A stretch of DNA of 64,000 nucleotides from NCBI GenBank assembly GCA_963766715.1, contig CAVYBH010000013.1, positions 64,001 to 128,000 on the forward strand, written 5' to 3'. This document shows, piece after piece, positions 9,547-20,906 of this stretch. Within the stretch, counting starts at the first letter, position 1. Every line of letters begins with the position of its first letter. The stretch is from an uncultured delta proteobacterium. Lineage in GTDB: Bacteria > Myxococcota > Myxococcia > Myxococcales > Anaeromyxobacteraceae. Both the position numbers and the translations under genes were made by a program. The notes under the pieces were generated by a model. The model saw only the letters and a program-made list of their open reading frames with translations. It was not told the DNA's origin and did not search any database.

Positions 9547-12045
9547 ATGGAACACGCCATCCAAGAGCTCGGGCCCACCGTGGTCCACCAGGCGGGATAC
9601 CTCTGGCTCATCCCGCTCTTCCCGGCCATCGGCGCGCTGATCAACTCGCTCGTCGGCATCCGGATCCAGCGGACCCTGGGCAAGAAGTGGAACCACGGCA
9701 TCGCCATCGCGATGATGACGCTGTCGTTCCTCGTGGCGCTGCGGGCGTTCGCGCAGATGTACGCGCTGCCCGGCAACGAGCGGTTCCTGCAGAACACCCT
9801 CTGGAACATGCTGACGGCGGGCCAGCTCTCGTTCGACCTGGCCTTCGCCCTCGATCCGCTGTCGATGATGATGGTGCTCATCATCACCTTCATCGGCACG
9901 CTCATCCACGTGTTCTCGACCGGCTACATGGCCGACGAGCCCTCGTACTGGCGCTTCTTCGCGTACCTGAACCTGTTCGTCTTCGCGATGCTGCTGCTGG
10001 TGATGGGCGACAACTTCGCGGTGATGTTCTTCGGGTGGGAGGGCGTCGGCCTCGCCTCCTACCTGCTCATCAGCTTCTGGTACACGGACATCGAGAAGGC
10101 CAAGGCCGGCATGAAGGCCTTCGTGGTGAACCGGTTCGGCGACTTCGGCTTCATCCTGGGGCTCTTCCTGCTCTTCTGGTCGCTGGGCGGCATCTGGGAG
10201 CCCCGCGCCGACGCGCGCTCGGTCACCTACGTGCCGGAGATCGGCTACAAGGCCGACCCGGCGGCCTCCAACCTCTTCGAGTCCACCGGCCCCCGGACCG
10301 CCATCGTCCACGGCCACGCCATCAAGCTCGGCCCCACGCTCAACTTCCGCGAGCTCCGCGACCAGGTGGTCATCGAGGGGACCGAGGTCGGCGAGCACCT
10401 GCGCCACCAGAAGCTCTGGGGCATCGCGCTCCTGACGCTGGTCGGCGTGCTGATGTTCGTCGGCGCCATGGGCAAGAGCGCGCAGCTCCCGCTCTACGTC
10501 TGGCTCCCCGACGCGATGGCCGGCCCGACCCCCGTCTCCGCCCTCATCCACGCCGCCACCATGGTGACGGCCGGCGTCTACATGGTGGCCCGGCTCAGCT
10601 ACCTGTACGCCATGTCCCCCAGCGCCATGGGCTGGGTGGCCACCATCGGCGTGCTGACCGCCTTCTTCGCCGCGACCATCGGCTTCTTCCAGTACGACAT
10701 CAAGAAGGTGCTGGCCTACTCCACGGTGTCGCAGCTCGGCTTCATGTTCATCGGGGTGGGCGTGGGCGCGTACTGGGCCGGCACCTACCACCTCCTCACC
10801 CACGCCTTCTTCAAGGCCACCCTCTTCCTCGGGTCGGGCTCGGTCATCCTGGGCTGCCACCACGAGCAGGACATGCGGAAGATGGGCGGGCTGAAGAAGC
10901 TCATGCCCGTCACCGCCTGGACCTACCTGGTCGCGACCTGGGCCATCGCCGGGTTCCCCTGGGCGAGCGGCTTCTACTCGAAGGACGAGATCCTCTGGAA
11001 GGCCTTCACCCAGCGGGGGATGGAGCTCTTCGGGACGCCGACGCCCTGGCTCGGGCCTGCCATCTTCGTCCTCGGCCTCCTGACCGCCACGGCGACCAGC
11101 TTCTACATGTTCCGCAGCTACTACATGACCTTCACCGGCACCTACCGGGGCGGCGAGGGTCACGCCGAGGAGCACGACGAGGATCCGCACTCGGCGCACG
11201 CGGCTCCGCACCACGTCACGGCGGGACACCCGCACGACAACAAGGACCCGGCCCCGGCGCACGGCGGCACGACACGACCACGCGGCCCACGGCCACGCCG
11301 CGCCGGCCTCCGCGCACGTCGCCCACGGGCACGACGCCGGCCACCCGGCGCCCCGGCCCACGCGGCGCCGGCCGACGACCACGGCGCGCACGGCCACCAC
11401 GGCGGCGCCCCGCACGAGTCCCCCCTCTCCATCACCGCGGTGCTGGTGACGCTCGCCACCGGGGCGGTGCTGGTCTCCTTCCTCGGCATCCCGATGCTCT
11501 GGACCGGCCACGAGCCCATCCTCGAGCACTGGCTCGCACCGGCGCTCCCGGCCGAGGTGTCGTTCGCCCACTTCGGGCACGCCACCGAGTGGCTCTTCCA
11601 GGCCATGGGCGTGGGCGCCGCCACCATCGGCTGGTTCCTCGCCATGCGCCTCTTCAAGGACGACAAGAGCCGCGTCCCGCACGACCTCAAGCACCGCTTC
11701 TTCGGCTTCTGGACCGTCGTCTACAACAAGTACTACGTCGATGAGGCCTATCACGCGCTGGTCATCCGGCCGGCGCTGTTCCTGGCCGCGTTCCTGTCCT
11801 GGTTCGACCAGCACATCATCGACTGGATCGTGAACTTCTTCGGCTGGCTGGCCCGCTTCGTCGCGGCCATCGACGACGCCATCGACAAGTACGTCGTCGA
11901 CGGCGCCGTGAATGGCGTGGGAGGACTCACCCGCGAGGGCGGGCGCCTCCTCCGGCGCATCGAGACCGGCCGCATCCAGACCTACCTCTACGGCGCGGCC
12001 CTCGGGTCGCTGCTCGTCGTCTTGCTGAACTTCCTCTTCCGCTAG
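9547..12045 (+). CDS. nuoL: NADH-quinone oxidoreductase subunit L with insertions
   Basis: GWEGVGLASYLLI, GKSAQLPL..WLPDAMAGPTPVSALIHAATMV, DIKKVLAYSTVSQLG, HAFFKA. Confidence 0.96.
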   Translation: MEHAIQELGPTVVHQAGYLWLIPLFPAIGALINSLVGIRIQRTLGKKWNHGIAIAMMTLSFLVALRAFAQMYALPGNERFLQNTLWNMLTAGQLSFDLAFALDPLSMMMVLIITFIGTLIHVFSTGYMADEPSYWRFFAYLNLFVFAMLLLVMGDNFAVMFFGWEGVGLASYLLISFWYTDIEKAKAGMKAFVVNRFGDFGFILGLFLLFWSLGGIWEPRADARSVTYVPEIGYKADPAASNLFESTGPRTAIVHGHAIKLGPTLNFRELRDQVVIEGTEVGEHLRHQKLWGIALLTLVGVLMFVGAMGKSAQLPLYVWLPDAMAGPTPVSALIHAATMVTAGVYMVARLSYLYAMSPSAMGWVATIGVLTAFFAATIGFFQYDIKKVLAYSTVSQLGFMFIGVGVGAYWAGTYHLLTHAFFKATLFLGSGSVILGCHHEQDMRKMGGLKKLMPVTAWTYLVATWAIAGFPWASGFYSKDEILWKAFTQRGMELFGTPTPWLGPAIFVLGLLTATATSFYMFRSYYMTFTGTYRGGEGHAEEHDEDPHSAHAAPHHVTAGHPHDNKDPAPAHGGTTRPRGPRPRRAGLRARRPRARRRPPGAPAHAAPADDHGAHGHHGGAPHESPLSITAVLVTLATGAVLVSFLGIPMLWTGHEPILEHWLAPALPAEVSFAHFGHATEWLFQAMGVGAATIGWFLAMRLFKDDKSRVPHDLKHRFFGFWTVVYNKYYVDEAYHALVIRPALFLAAFLSWFDQHIIDWIVNFFGWLARFVAAIDDAIDKYVVDGAVNGVGGLTREGGRLLRRIETGRIQTYLYGAALGSLLVVLLNFLFR

Positions 12046-12057
12046 GAGACCGGCGAC

Positions 12058-13746
12058 ATGATCCGCCCCGACAACGTGCTGGTTTGGGCCACCTTCCTTC
12101 CGGTCATCGGTGCCATCGTCATCCTGGCGCTGATGGTCGTGAGGCACTTCCTCGACCTGCCCAAGAGGTTCGTCGACCAGTCGGCCCGCTGGGTGACGCT
12201 CGTCGCCAGCTTCCTCATGCTGGTGACCTCCGTGATGGCCTGGAACTGGTTCGACCCCAAGGGGCCGGGCCTGCTCGTCCAGGGCAAGGCCACCGGCGTC
12301 CAGCTGGTCAGCCGGGCCGTCTGGATCCGCCCCTTCAACGTCGACTGGTTCGTCGGCGTGGACGGGCTCTCCATCTCGATGGTGCTCCTCACCGGCATCA
12401 TCTCGTTCGTCGCCGCCATCGCCTCCATGCCCTGGTGGCAGGGCGGGTCGAAGGCCATCCACCTGGCCGGGATGGACGAGGACGACCACGGGCACGGCGG
12501 GGACGAGCACCACCCCAAGCACTTCTCGGTCCGCATGGTCCCCGGGTTCATGATCCTGCTGCTGCTGCTCATGACCGGGATGATGGGCACCTTCGTCGCC
12601 CTCGACATGTTCCTCTTCTACGTCTTCTGGGAGGTCATGCTCCTCCCGATGTACTTCCTCATCGGGATCTGGGGCGGCCCGCGCCGGGAGTACGCGGCCA
12701 TCAAGTTCTTCCTCTACACCCTGGCGGGCTCGGTGCTCATGCTGCTCGCCATCATCGCGGTCTACTACCGGAGCCTTCCGGCCGCGCTGGCCGACGGCTC
12801 GATGTCCGCCCGGCACACCTTCAACCTGCTCGAGCTCGCCGCGCAGGGCCGGGCCGGCCAGTTCTCGACGGCGCTCCCCATCCTGGGCTTCGCCTTCACC
12901 AAGATCGTCTTCATCGCGCTCTTCATCGGGTTCGCCATCAAGATCCCGATGTTCCCGTTCCACACCTGGTTGCCCGACGCGCACGTCGAGGCCCCCACGC
13001 CCATCTCGGTCATCCTGGCCGGCATCCTGCTGAAGATGGGCCCCTACGGCATCCTGCGCTTCAACTACGCGCTCCTGCCCGACGCCACCGACTGGGCGGC
13101 CAACGGCATCGCCGTGTTCGGCGTCATCAACATCATCTACGCCGCGTACGTGGCGCTGGCCCAGCGCGACATCAAGAAGATGGTGGCCTACTCGTCGGTC
13201 TCCCACATGGGCTTCACCCTGCTCGGCATGGCCGCCATGACCCCCATGGCCATCTCGGGCGCGGTGCTCAACATGTTCACCCACGGCATCATCGCCTCCG
13301 CGCTCTTCCTCCTCGTGGGCGTGATCTACGACCGCGCGCACCACCGCGACATGGATCGCTTCGGCGGCCTGGCCAAGGAGCTCCCCGAGTACAGCGGGCT
13401 CACCGGCCTCGCCTTCTTCGCGTCGCTGGGCCTGCCCGGCCTGGCCGGCTTCATCGCCGAGTTCATGGTGCTGGTGGGCAGCTTCCCGGTCTTCCTGACC
13501 TTCACGGTCATCGCGGCCACCGCGGTCATCATCACCGCCGCCTACTACCTGTGGGCCATGCAGCGGGTCTTCCTGGGCAAGCTCAACCCGGCCTACGTCG
13601 GCTTCCCCGACGTGAACTGGCGCGAGCGGCTCACGCTCTACCCGCTGGCGGCGTTCATGATCTTCCTCGGCTTCTACCCCCAGTTCATCCTGCACGCGAT
13701 CAACCCCGCGCTGCAGATGCTCATCCAGAACCTGCGCCCGGCCTAG
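12058..13746 (+). CDS. nuoM: NADH-quinone oxidoreductase subunit M
   Basis: FYVFWE, IKIPMFPFHTWLPDAHVEAPT, LLKMGPYG, DIKKMVAYSSVSHMG. Confidence 0.96.
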   Translation: MIRPDNVLVWATFLPVIGAIVILALMVVRHFLDLPKRFVDQSARWVTLVASFLMLVTSVMAWNWFDPKGPGLLVQGKATGVQLVSRAVWIRPFNVDWFVGVDGLSISMVLLTGIISFVAAIASMPWWQGGSKAIHLAGMDEDDHGHGGDEHHPKHFSVRMVPGFMILLLLLMTGMMGTFVALDMFLFYVFWEVMLLPMYFLIGIWGGPRREYAAIKFFLYTLAGSVLMLLAIIAVYYRSLPAALADGSMSARHTFNLLELAAQGRAGQFSTALPILGFAFTKIVFIALFIGFAIKIPMFPFHTWLPDAHVEAPTPISVILAGILLKMGPYGILRFNYALLPDATDWAANGIAVFGVINIIYAAYVALAQRDIKKMVAYSSVSHMGFTLLGMAAMTPMAISGAVLNMFTHGIIASALFLLVGVIYDRAHHRDMDRFGGLAKELPEYSGLTGLAFFASLGLPGLAGFIAEFMVLVGSFPVFLTFTVIAATAVIITAAYYLWAMQRVFLGKLNPAYVGFPDVNWRERLTLYPLAAFMIFLGFYPQFILHAINPALQMLIQNLRPA

Positions 13747-13764
13747 GGCGGGGGGAGACCGGAG

Positions 13765-15300
13765 ATGGACATCCAGCCTCATCTCGTCGCCGAGAACGTG
13801 CGCAGCGCGGGGTGGTTCCGCCCCGAGTTCGTGCTCACCATCGGCACGCTGGCGCTCTTCCTGGCCGACATGGCCTGGAAGAAGAGCGCCGAGCGGGCGC
13901 GGCTCCTCACCTTCGCGACGCTGACCGTCTTCGCGGTGGCGGCGCTCTTCCTGGCGGCGCAGCCGCCCACGCCCCAGTCCCTCTTCAACGGGATGATCGC
14001 GAACGACGCGTTCGCGACCTTCTTCAAGTGGCTCTTCCTGGCCGGCGGCGCGCTCACCGTGCTCATCGCCGCGCCGTCGAAGGCCTACCCGCCCGCGCGC
14101 ATCGGTCCCTTCTACGCGCTGCTCGTCTCCATCGTGCTGGGCCTGTTCCTGATGGCCAGCTCCACCGACATGCTGATGATCTACATGTCGATCGAGCTGG
14201 TCTCGATGGTGAGCTACGCGCTGGCCGGCTACGCCAAGGGCGACCGCAAGGCCGCCGAGGCGGCGCTGAAGTACGTCATCTACGGCGGCGTGGCCACCGG
14301 GGCGATGGTCTTCGGCATGAGCTACCTCTACGGCCTGCTCCAGACCACCGACATCACCCGCTTCGCGGACGCCATGTCCCGGCTGCCGTCCACCTGGCCG
14401 GTCCGTCTCGGGCTCCTCCTGGGGGTGGTGCTCACCGCCTCGGGCGTGGGCTACAAGATCGCGGCGGTTCCCTGGCACATGTGGGCGCCGGACGTCTACG
14501 AGGGCGCCCCCACGCCGTTCACCGCCTTCCTCTCCACCGGCCCCAAGGCGGCCGGCTTCGCGCTCGCCGCCCGCCTGCTCTGGGGCTCGCTCGACGTGAA
14601 GGGCAGCATGGGCGGCCTGGGCGTCGCGGTCGGCAACGTGCCCTGGCCGGCGGTGGTGGGCGTGCTCTCGGCCGTCACCATGACGCTCGGGAACTTCACC
14701 GCCCTCCCCCAGACGAACCTCAAGCGCCTGCTCGCCTACTCCTCCATCGCCCACGCCGGCTACGCGCTCATGGGCATCGCCGCCAACTCCTTCGTGGGGA
14801 CGCAGGCGGTGATGGTCTACATGCTCGCCTACCTGATCATGAACCTGGGGGCGTTCCTGGCCGTGATCGTCGTCGAGCGCTTCAGCGGTTCGCCCTCGAT
14901 CTTCGAGTTCCGCGGGCTGGGACACCGGAGCGCGCTGACCGCGGTCAGCATGGCCATCTTCCTCTTCGCGCTGACGGGGCTCCCGCCCTCGATCGGCTTC
15001 ACGGGCAAGTACTGGCTGTTCGTCGCGGTGATCGACCGGGTCTCCGGGCCGGGCGGCACCTGGTACGCGGTGCTCGCCATCATCGCCGCGCTCAACACGG
15101 CGGTGTCGCTCTACTACTACGCGCGCATCCTGCGGGCGATGTTCTTCGAGGCGCCGCTGACCGAGACCCCGGTCACGAGCCCGATCTCGTACAAGTTCCT
15201 GCTCACCGGCCTGGCGCTCGTCACCGTGCTCTTCGGTATCTGGGTGTCGCCGGTGATGGACTGGACGCGGGCCTCACTGGCCCTGTTCTACCGAGGGTGA
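13765..15300 (+). CDS. nuoN: NADH-quinone oxidoreductase subunit N
   Basis: EAALKY, KIAAVPWHMWAPDVYEGAPT, NLKRLLAYSSIAHAGY. Confidence 0.96.
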   Translation: MDIQPHLVAENVRSAGWFRPEFVLTIGTLALFLADMAWKKSAERARLLTFATLTVFAVAALFLAAQPPTPQSLFNGMIANDAFATFFKWLFLAGGALTVLIAAPSKAYPPARIGPFYALLVSIVLGLFLMASSTDMLMIYMSIELVSMVSYALAGYAKGDRKAAEAALKYVIYGGVATGAMVFGMSYLYGLLQTTDITRFADAMSRLPSTWPVRLGLLLGVVLTASGVGYKIAAVPWHMWAPDVYEGAPTPFTAFLSTGPKAAGFALAARLLWGSLDVKGSMGGLGVAVGNVPWPAVVGVLSAVTMTLGNFTALPQTNLKRLLAYSSIAHAGYALMGIAANSFVGTQAVMVYMLAYLIMNLGAFLAVIVVERFSGSPSIFEFRGLGHRSALTAVSMAIFLFALTGLPPSIGFTGKYWLFVAVIDRVSGPGGTWYAVLAIIAALNTAVSLYYYARILRAMFFEAPLTETPVTSPISYKFLLTGLALVTVLFGIWVSPVMDWTRASLALFYRG

Positions 15301-16171
15301 TCCTGGGTGCGGCGTCGCCGAGGGGCGACGCCGCGCCTCCAGCCGCTCGAGCTCCTCCCGCTTCATCGTCGAGGTCCCCAGGAAGCGGTCGGGGGCCACG
15401 ACCTCCCCGTGGTAGTCGGTCCCCGCCGTGCAGACGAGACCGGCCCAATCGGCCGCCTCCCGGTACTTCGCGGCCTGCTCCGGCGGGTGGTCGGGGTGGT
15501 AGGCCTCGACGCCGTCGAACCCCAGGGCGCGCAGTCGCGGGAGCTCGCCGGGGTTCACCCGGGACACGCCGGGATGGGCGAGCGTGGCCACGCCACCGGC
15601 CTCGACGATCATCTTCACCGCGTCCTCGGCGAGCAGCCGGTACCGGCCGACGTACGCGGGACGCCCCTCCCCCAGGTAGCGGTCGAAGGCCTCCTTGACG
15701 GAGCTCACCGCGCCGGCCGCGAGCAGGGCCCTGGCCACGTGCGGGACGCCCGATGGTCTTCCCCCCGCTGCAGGCGACGATGGCCTCCTCGGTCACCTGG
15801 ACGCCGTGATTCGCCAGGAGTTTCACGATTTTCTGGACCCGGGTGCGCCTGTGCTCGGCGAGCAGGTCCTCGAACGCCCGCAGCGTGGGGTGGTCCGGGT
15901 CGACGAAGTGGCCGAGGACGTGGATTTCCCTCTGGGATTCCCGCCGCTCGTCGAGCAGCGCGGAGAGCTCGATGCCAGGAACGAACCGCATTCCGAGGGC
16001 TTGCGCCGCCTGGGCCGCGGCGGCGAGGCCGGCCACCGTGTCGTGGTCGGTCAGCGCCCAGGTCCGCGTTCCGGCGGCTGCCGCTCTTGCGGCAACCTCG
16101 ACAGGGGCATACTGTCCGTCAGATGCGGTAGAATGAGTATGTAGGTCGATGATACCGTCATCTCGGATCAT
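15274..16171 (-). CDS. PHP-domain metal-dependent phosphoesterase (TrpH/RnA-like); frameshift near 15745
   Basis: IDLHTHSTASDG, ALTDHDT, HVLG, GRP(H)VARAL, LAHP, GTDYHG split over ORFs 15221..16171 and 15274..15738. Confidence 0.88.
15309..15334. terminator. GC-rich hairpin at the convergent nuoN / PHP 3' ends
   Basis: GCGGCGTCGCC-GAGG-GGCGACGCCGC, perfect 11-bp stem, no U-tract. Confidence 0.4.
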
Positions 16172-16226
16172 GTCGTTCTCGCCGGTGTCTTCTTAATCCC
16201 CCCGCGGCGGGGCGCAGGGAGTCTCG

Positions 16227-16694
16227 ATGCAGCATGTCCTCCGAATCTCCAGGAAGATCGACTACGCAATCCGGGCGATGATCCACCTGGCGTCCATCCC
16301 GCCAGGTACGGTGGTCCCGTTCCGGGAGATCGGAAAGCAGATGGAGGTCCCGGAGGACTTCCTCGCCAAGATCCTGAAGACGCTGGTGGATCACGGCATC
16401 GTGCGCTCCACCCGCGGCCCGCACGGGGGCTACAAGCTGGCCCGTCCCGCCGAGACCATCAACGTCCTCGAGGTCATCGAGGCCGCCGAGGGGCCCGTGG
16501 CGGTGAACGTCTGCCTGGATGACGACGATGCCTGCAGCCGGCAGTCGTTCTGCACGATGACGTCCGTCTGGCGCGAGGGGCAGGAGCGCATGCTCGAGGT
16601 CTTCCGGCGCACCACGCTGGCGTCGCTCGCGACCCCGCAGGGGCACGTCGAGACCCAGACCGTGAACCTTCCGTCCGTGGTGACCACCACCTGA
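16227..16694 (+). CDS. Rrf2-family (IscR-like) transcriptional regulator
   Basis: DYAIRAMIHLA...STRGPHGGYKLARPAETI; three Cys CLDDDDACSRQSFC. Confidence 0.92.
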   Translation: MQHVLRISRKIDYAIRAMIHLASIPPGTVVPFREIGKQMEVPEDFLAKILKTLVDHGIVRSTRGPHGGYKLARPAETINVLEVIEAAEGPVAVNVCLDDDDACSRQSFCTMTSVWREGQERMLEVFRRTTLASLATPQGHVETQTVNLPSVVTTT

Positions 16695-16776
16695 TTCCCT
16701 GTCGCAGCGGCCACTTGGGCCGATTGCGCGGGAAGCGTTGACGGCGGGCGGCCCCTCCGACAGGATCCGCGCCCGC

Positions 16777-17925
16777 ATGGCCAAAGAGCCCACACCCAAG
16801 CAGCTCCGCAAGCGCTACCTGTCCCGCCCCCCCGTCGAGCCCATGCGGCTCCGGAAGGGGATGTCGGTCGTGGACCTCGTGGACGTCTATCGCCGCGCCG
16901 GCGCCTTCAACGGCGGACGGCTGGCCGAGGGATGCGACCTCTTCGGCCGGATGATCGACTCGGGCGCGACCATCGCCCTCACCGTGACCGGGGCCATGGC
17001 CCCTGCCGGGATGGGCGGCGCGATCCAGGCCATGATCGAGGCCGGGTTCGTCGACCTCGTCATCTCGACGGGCGCGAACCTCTATCACGACCTCCACTTC
17101 GCGCTCGAGCTGCCGGTCGTGCAGGGGCACTTCCAGGTCGACGACCGGGAGCTCTACCGGGCCGGGATCGAGCGCATCTACGACGTCTTCATCACCGAGG
17201 ACTCGCTCCTCGACACCGACGCGTTCGTCCGGGAGGCGCTCGAGAAGGCCCCGCCCGAGCTGCGCGGACGGATCTCGACGCCGCGCCTCCACGATTACCT
17301 CGGGCACCTCGTGCTCGCGAACGCCCCGCAGCCGCAGCGCTCCTGGGTGGCCACGGCGGCGAAGTGCGGCGTGCCGATCTTCACCAGCTCTCCCGGGGAC
17401 TCGTCCATCGGGATGAACGTGGCCGCCATGAAGCTGCGCGGCGGCGAGACCACCATCGACCCCGACCTCGACGTGCTGGAGTCGACCGCCATCGTCTACG
17501 ACGCCAAGCTGAACGGCGTCGTGATCCTGGGCGGCGGGTCGCCGAAGAACTTCTATCTGCAGACCCAGCCCACCCTGTGGCAGATCCTCGACCTGAACCG
17601 GGGCGGCCACGAGTACGTGCTCCAGATCTCCACCGACTCGCCGCAGTGGGGCGGCCTCTCCGGCGCCACGCCCAGCGAGGCCATCAGCTGGGGCAAGGTG
17701 CAGGCCGACATGCTGAAGAACCACGTGGTGGTCTACTCCGACTCCACCGTCGCGGCCCCCATCGTCTTCGCCTACGCGCTCTCCACCCGCAAGCCGCGCA
17801 AGCAGAAGCGGCTCATGGCCCGGCTCGACTCCCTCTACGCCAAGCTGAAGCGCGCCCACGAGGTGCGTCACCCGGGGTCCGACGCCATGCTCGACGTGGG
17901 CAAGGCGACGCGGAAGTCCAGGTAG
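16777..17925 (+). CDS. Deoxyhypusine synthase-like protein (probable homospermidine synthase)
   Basis: STGANLYHD, DSSIG, ILGGGSPKNF, GGLSGATPSEAISWGKV, DSTVAAP. Confidence 0.9.
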   Translation: MAKEPTPKQLRKRYLSRPPVEPMRLRKGMSVVDLVDVYRRAGAFNGGRLAEGCDLFGRMIDSGATIALTVTGAMAPAGMGGAIQAMIEAGFVDLVISTGANLYHDLHFALELPVVQGHFQVDDRELYRAGIERIYDVFITEDSLLDTDAFVREALEKAPPELRGRISTPRLHDYLGHLVLANAPQPQRSWVATAAKCGVPIFTSSPGDSSIGMNVAAMKLRGGETTIDPDLDVLESTAIVYDAKLNGVVILGGGSPKNFYLQTQPTLWQILDLNRGGHEYVLQISTDSPQWGGLSGATPSEAISWGKVQADMLKNHVVVYSDSTVAAPIVFAYALSTRKPRKQKRLMARLDSLYAKLKRAHEVRHPGSDAMLDVGKATRKSR

Positions 17926-17946
17926 CGAAGGGGCGCTCCGGCGCGG

Positions 17947-18666
17947 CTACCGGGGCGGCCGTCGCTGCCGGTCGAGCCGCTCCTGCGCCGCCTCCAGCCG
18001 CTGCCGGAAATCCGGGTCGGCGAGGAGCCGGAGCGCGTCGGGCGTCCGTTCCGTGGCCGTCCTTCCGGCCGACCTCGATTCCTCGAGGAGCGCGCGCACG
18101 CGCGGGTCGTCGACGAGGGTCTTCAGCTCGGGGTCCGAGGCCAGCCGGGACGCGGCGGCCGGGTCTCCGGCCGCCTGGAGGAGCGCCCCCAGCGCCGCCT
18201 CGGCTCGCCGTCTCCAGTCGCCCGGCACGTCGTGCTGGCGCACCAGCCCGGCCAGGTCGCTCCGGGCGATCCCGGCCTGCCAGGCCGCCGGGAGCGACGG
18301 CGCGACGGCATCGGCCACCGCGAGCCCCACCCAGGCCGCCGCCGCCGCCGCGAGGCCTCCCAGGAGCGCGCCGGCCCCCCGGTCGAGCGGCCTGCCCCCG
18401 CCCTCGGGCGCCCGGGCGAGCTTCCGGCCGACGATCGCGACCGCCACCGTGACGAGGGTGAAGAGCAGCACGGCCGCGGCCGGTCGTGCCGCGCCGGACG
18501 GGAGGGCGCGGGCGAGCACGTCGCCGACCGGTGCGGAGAGGTGACGCGCCGCCAGCCACCCCAGCGCGGCGCCGGCGAAGAGGAAGAGCGGACGGATGAG
18601 CCCGGCCACCGCCCCGATCAGGGCGGACGCGGCGAGGAAGGCGAGCACGGCCGCGTCGAGGAGCAA
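17947..18666 (-). CDS. CvpA (colicin V production)-family membrane protein
   Basis: N-terminal LLDAAVL..SALIG..AGLIR, LDRGAGALLG, four TM segments and a soluble tail. Confidence 0.75.
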   Translation of the reverse strand: MLLDAAVLAFLAASALIGAVAGLIRPLFLFAGAALGWLAARHLSAPVGDVLARALPSGAARPAAAVLLFTLVTVAVAIVGRKLARAPEGGGRPLDRGAGALLGGLAAAAAAWVGLAVADAVAPSLPAAWQAGIARSDLAGLVRQHDVPGDWRRRAEAALGALLQAAGDPAAASRLASDPELKTLVDDPRVRALLEESRSAGRTATERTPDALRLLADPDFRQRLEAAQERLDRQRRPPR

Positions 18667-18672
18667 GGGCGC

Positions 18673-19224
18673 CTACTTGATCCGGAAGTCCTGCTTGGGC
18701 CGGTTCTTCTCGGCGATGGCGAGCTGCTCCTTGAAGCGCTCGTTGCCGGGCTCGTAGGCGAGCGCCATCCGGAGGTTGCGCTCGGCGGCCTCCCACCGGC
18801 CCGCCTGGGCGTCCGCCAGCGCGGCGGAGAAGAACTTCCGCCCGTTGGGTGTCTGCCCCATCTGCTCGACGGTCCGCCGCTTGGCCGCGTCCTTCACCTC
18901 GGCCTCGTCCTCCTCGGAGAAGCGGAGCTTGCGGGCCCGATCCGGACCGGCCACGTCGGCCGCGTACTTGCGGCGGCGCGCGTCGTCGCGGAGCACGGTG
19001 TAGGCCTCGTTGATGCGCCGGTAGATGCGGGCGACCAGGTCCCGGAAGACGCCATCCTCCACCGCGGCGTAGCGATCCGGGTGGTAGGTGCGGGACTCCC
19101 GGTGATAGGCGGCGCGGATCTCCCCCGGGGTGGCGCCGGACGCGATCTTCAGCACCGCGAAGTAGTCGAGCTGGTCGAGGGCGCCGGCCAGCGTCTCGAC
19201 CTCGATGCGGAAGGAAGCGTCCAT
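18673..19224 (-). CDS. J-domain co-chaperone with C-terminal TPR-like repeat
   Basis: DYFAVL...IRAAYHRESRTYHPDRY...INEAYTVLRD; AERNLRMALAYEPGN. Confidence 0.88.
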   Translation of the reverse strand: MDASFRIEVETLAGALDQLDYFAVLKIASGATPGEIRAAYHRESRTYHPDRYAAVEDGVFRDLVARIYRRINEAYTVLRDDARRRKYAADVAGPDRARKLRFSEEDEAEVKDAAKRRTVEQMGQTPNGRKFFSAALADAQAGRWEAAERNLRMALAYEPGNERFKEQLAIAEKNRPKQDFRIK

Positions 19225-19249
19225 CTCGGTTCCGGGCGGAGAGGGCCCG

Positions 19250-20851
<1,602 letters not shown>

Positions 20852-20876
20852 GGACCTTCCGTGCTGGGGGCTAGGA

Positions 20877-20906
20877 ATCGTAGGCGCGCGCGCCGCGCAG
20901 TGTCAA
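20877..20906 (-). promoter_or_regulatory. Putative sigma70 promoter of the hsp70-dnaJ-cvpA operon
   Basis: TTGACA-18 nt-TACGAT on the minus strand, overlapping the dGTPase stop. Confidence 0.55.

Noticed and set aside
9502..14925. 1807-aa antisense ORF and many other long overlapping ORFs (e.g. 19205..22645, 34694..37846, 12084..15698)
   Set aside because: Shadow ORFs caused by high GC3 codon bias opposite or overlapping well-supported genes; no recognisable motifs
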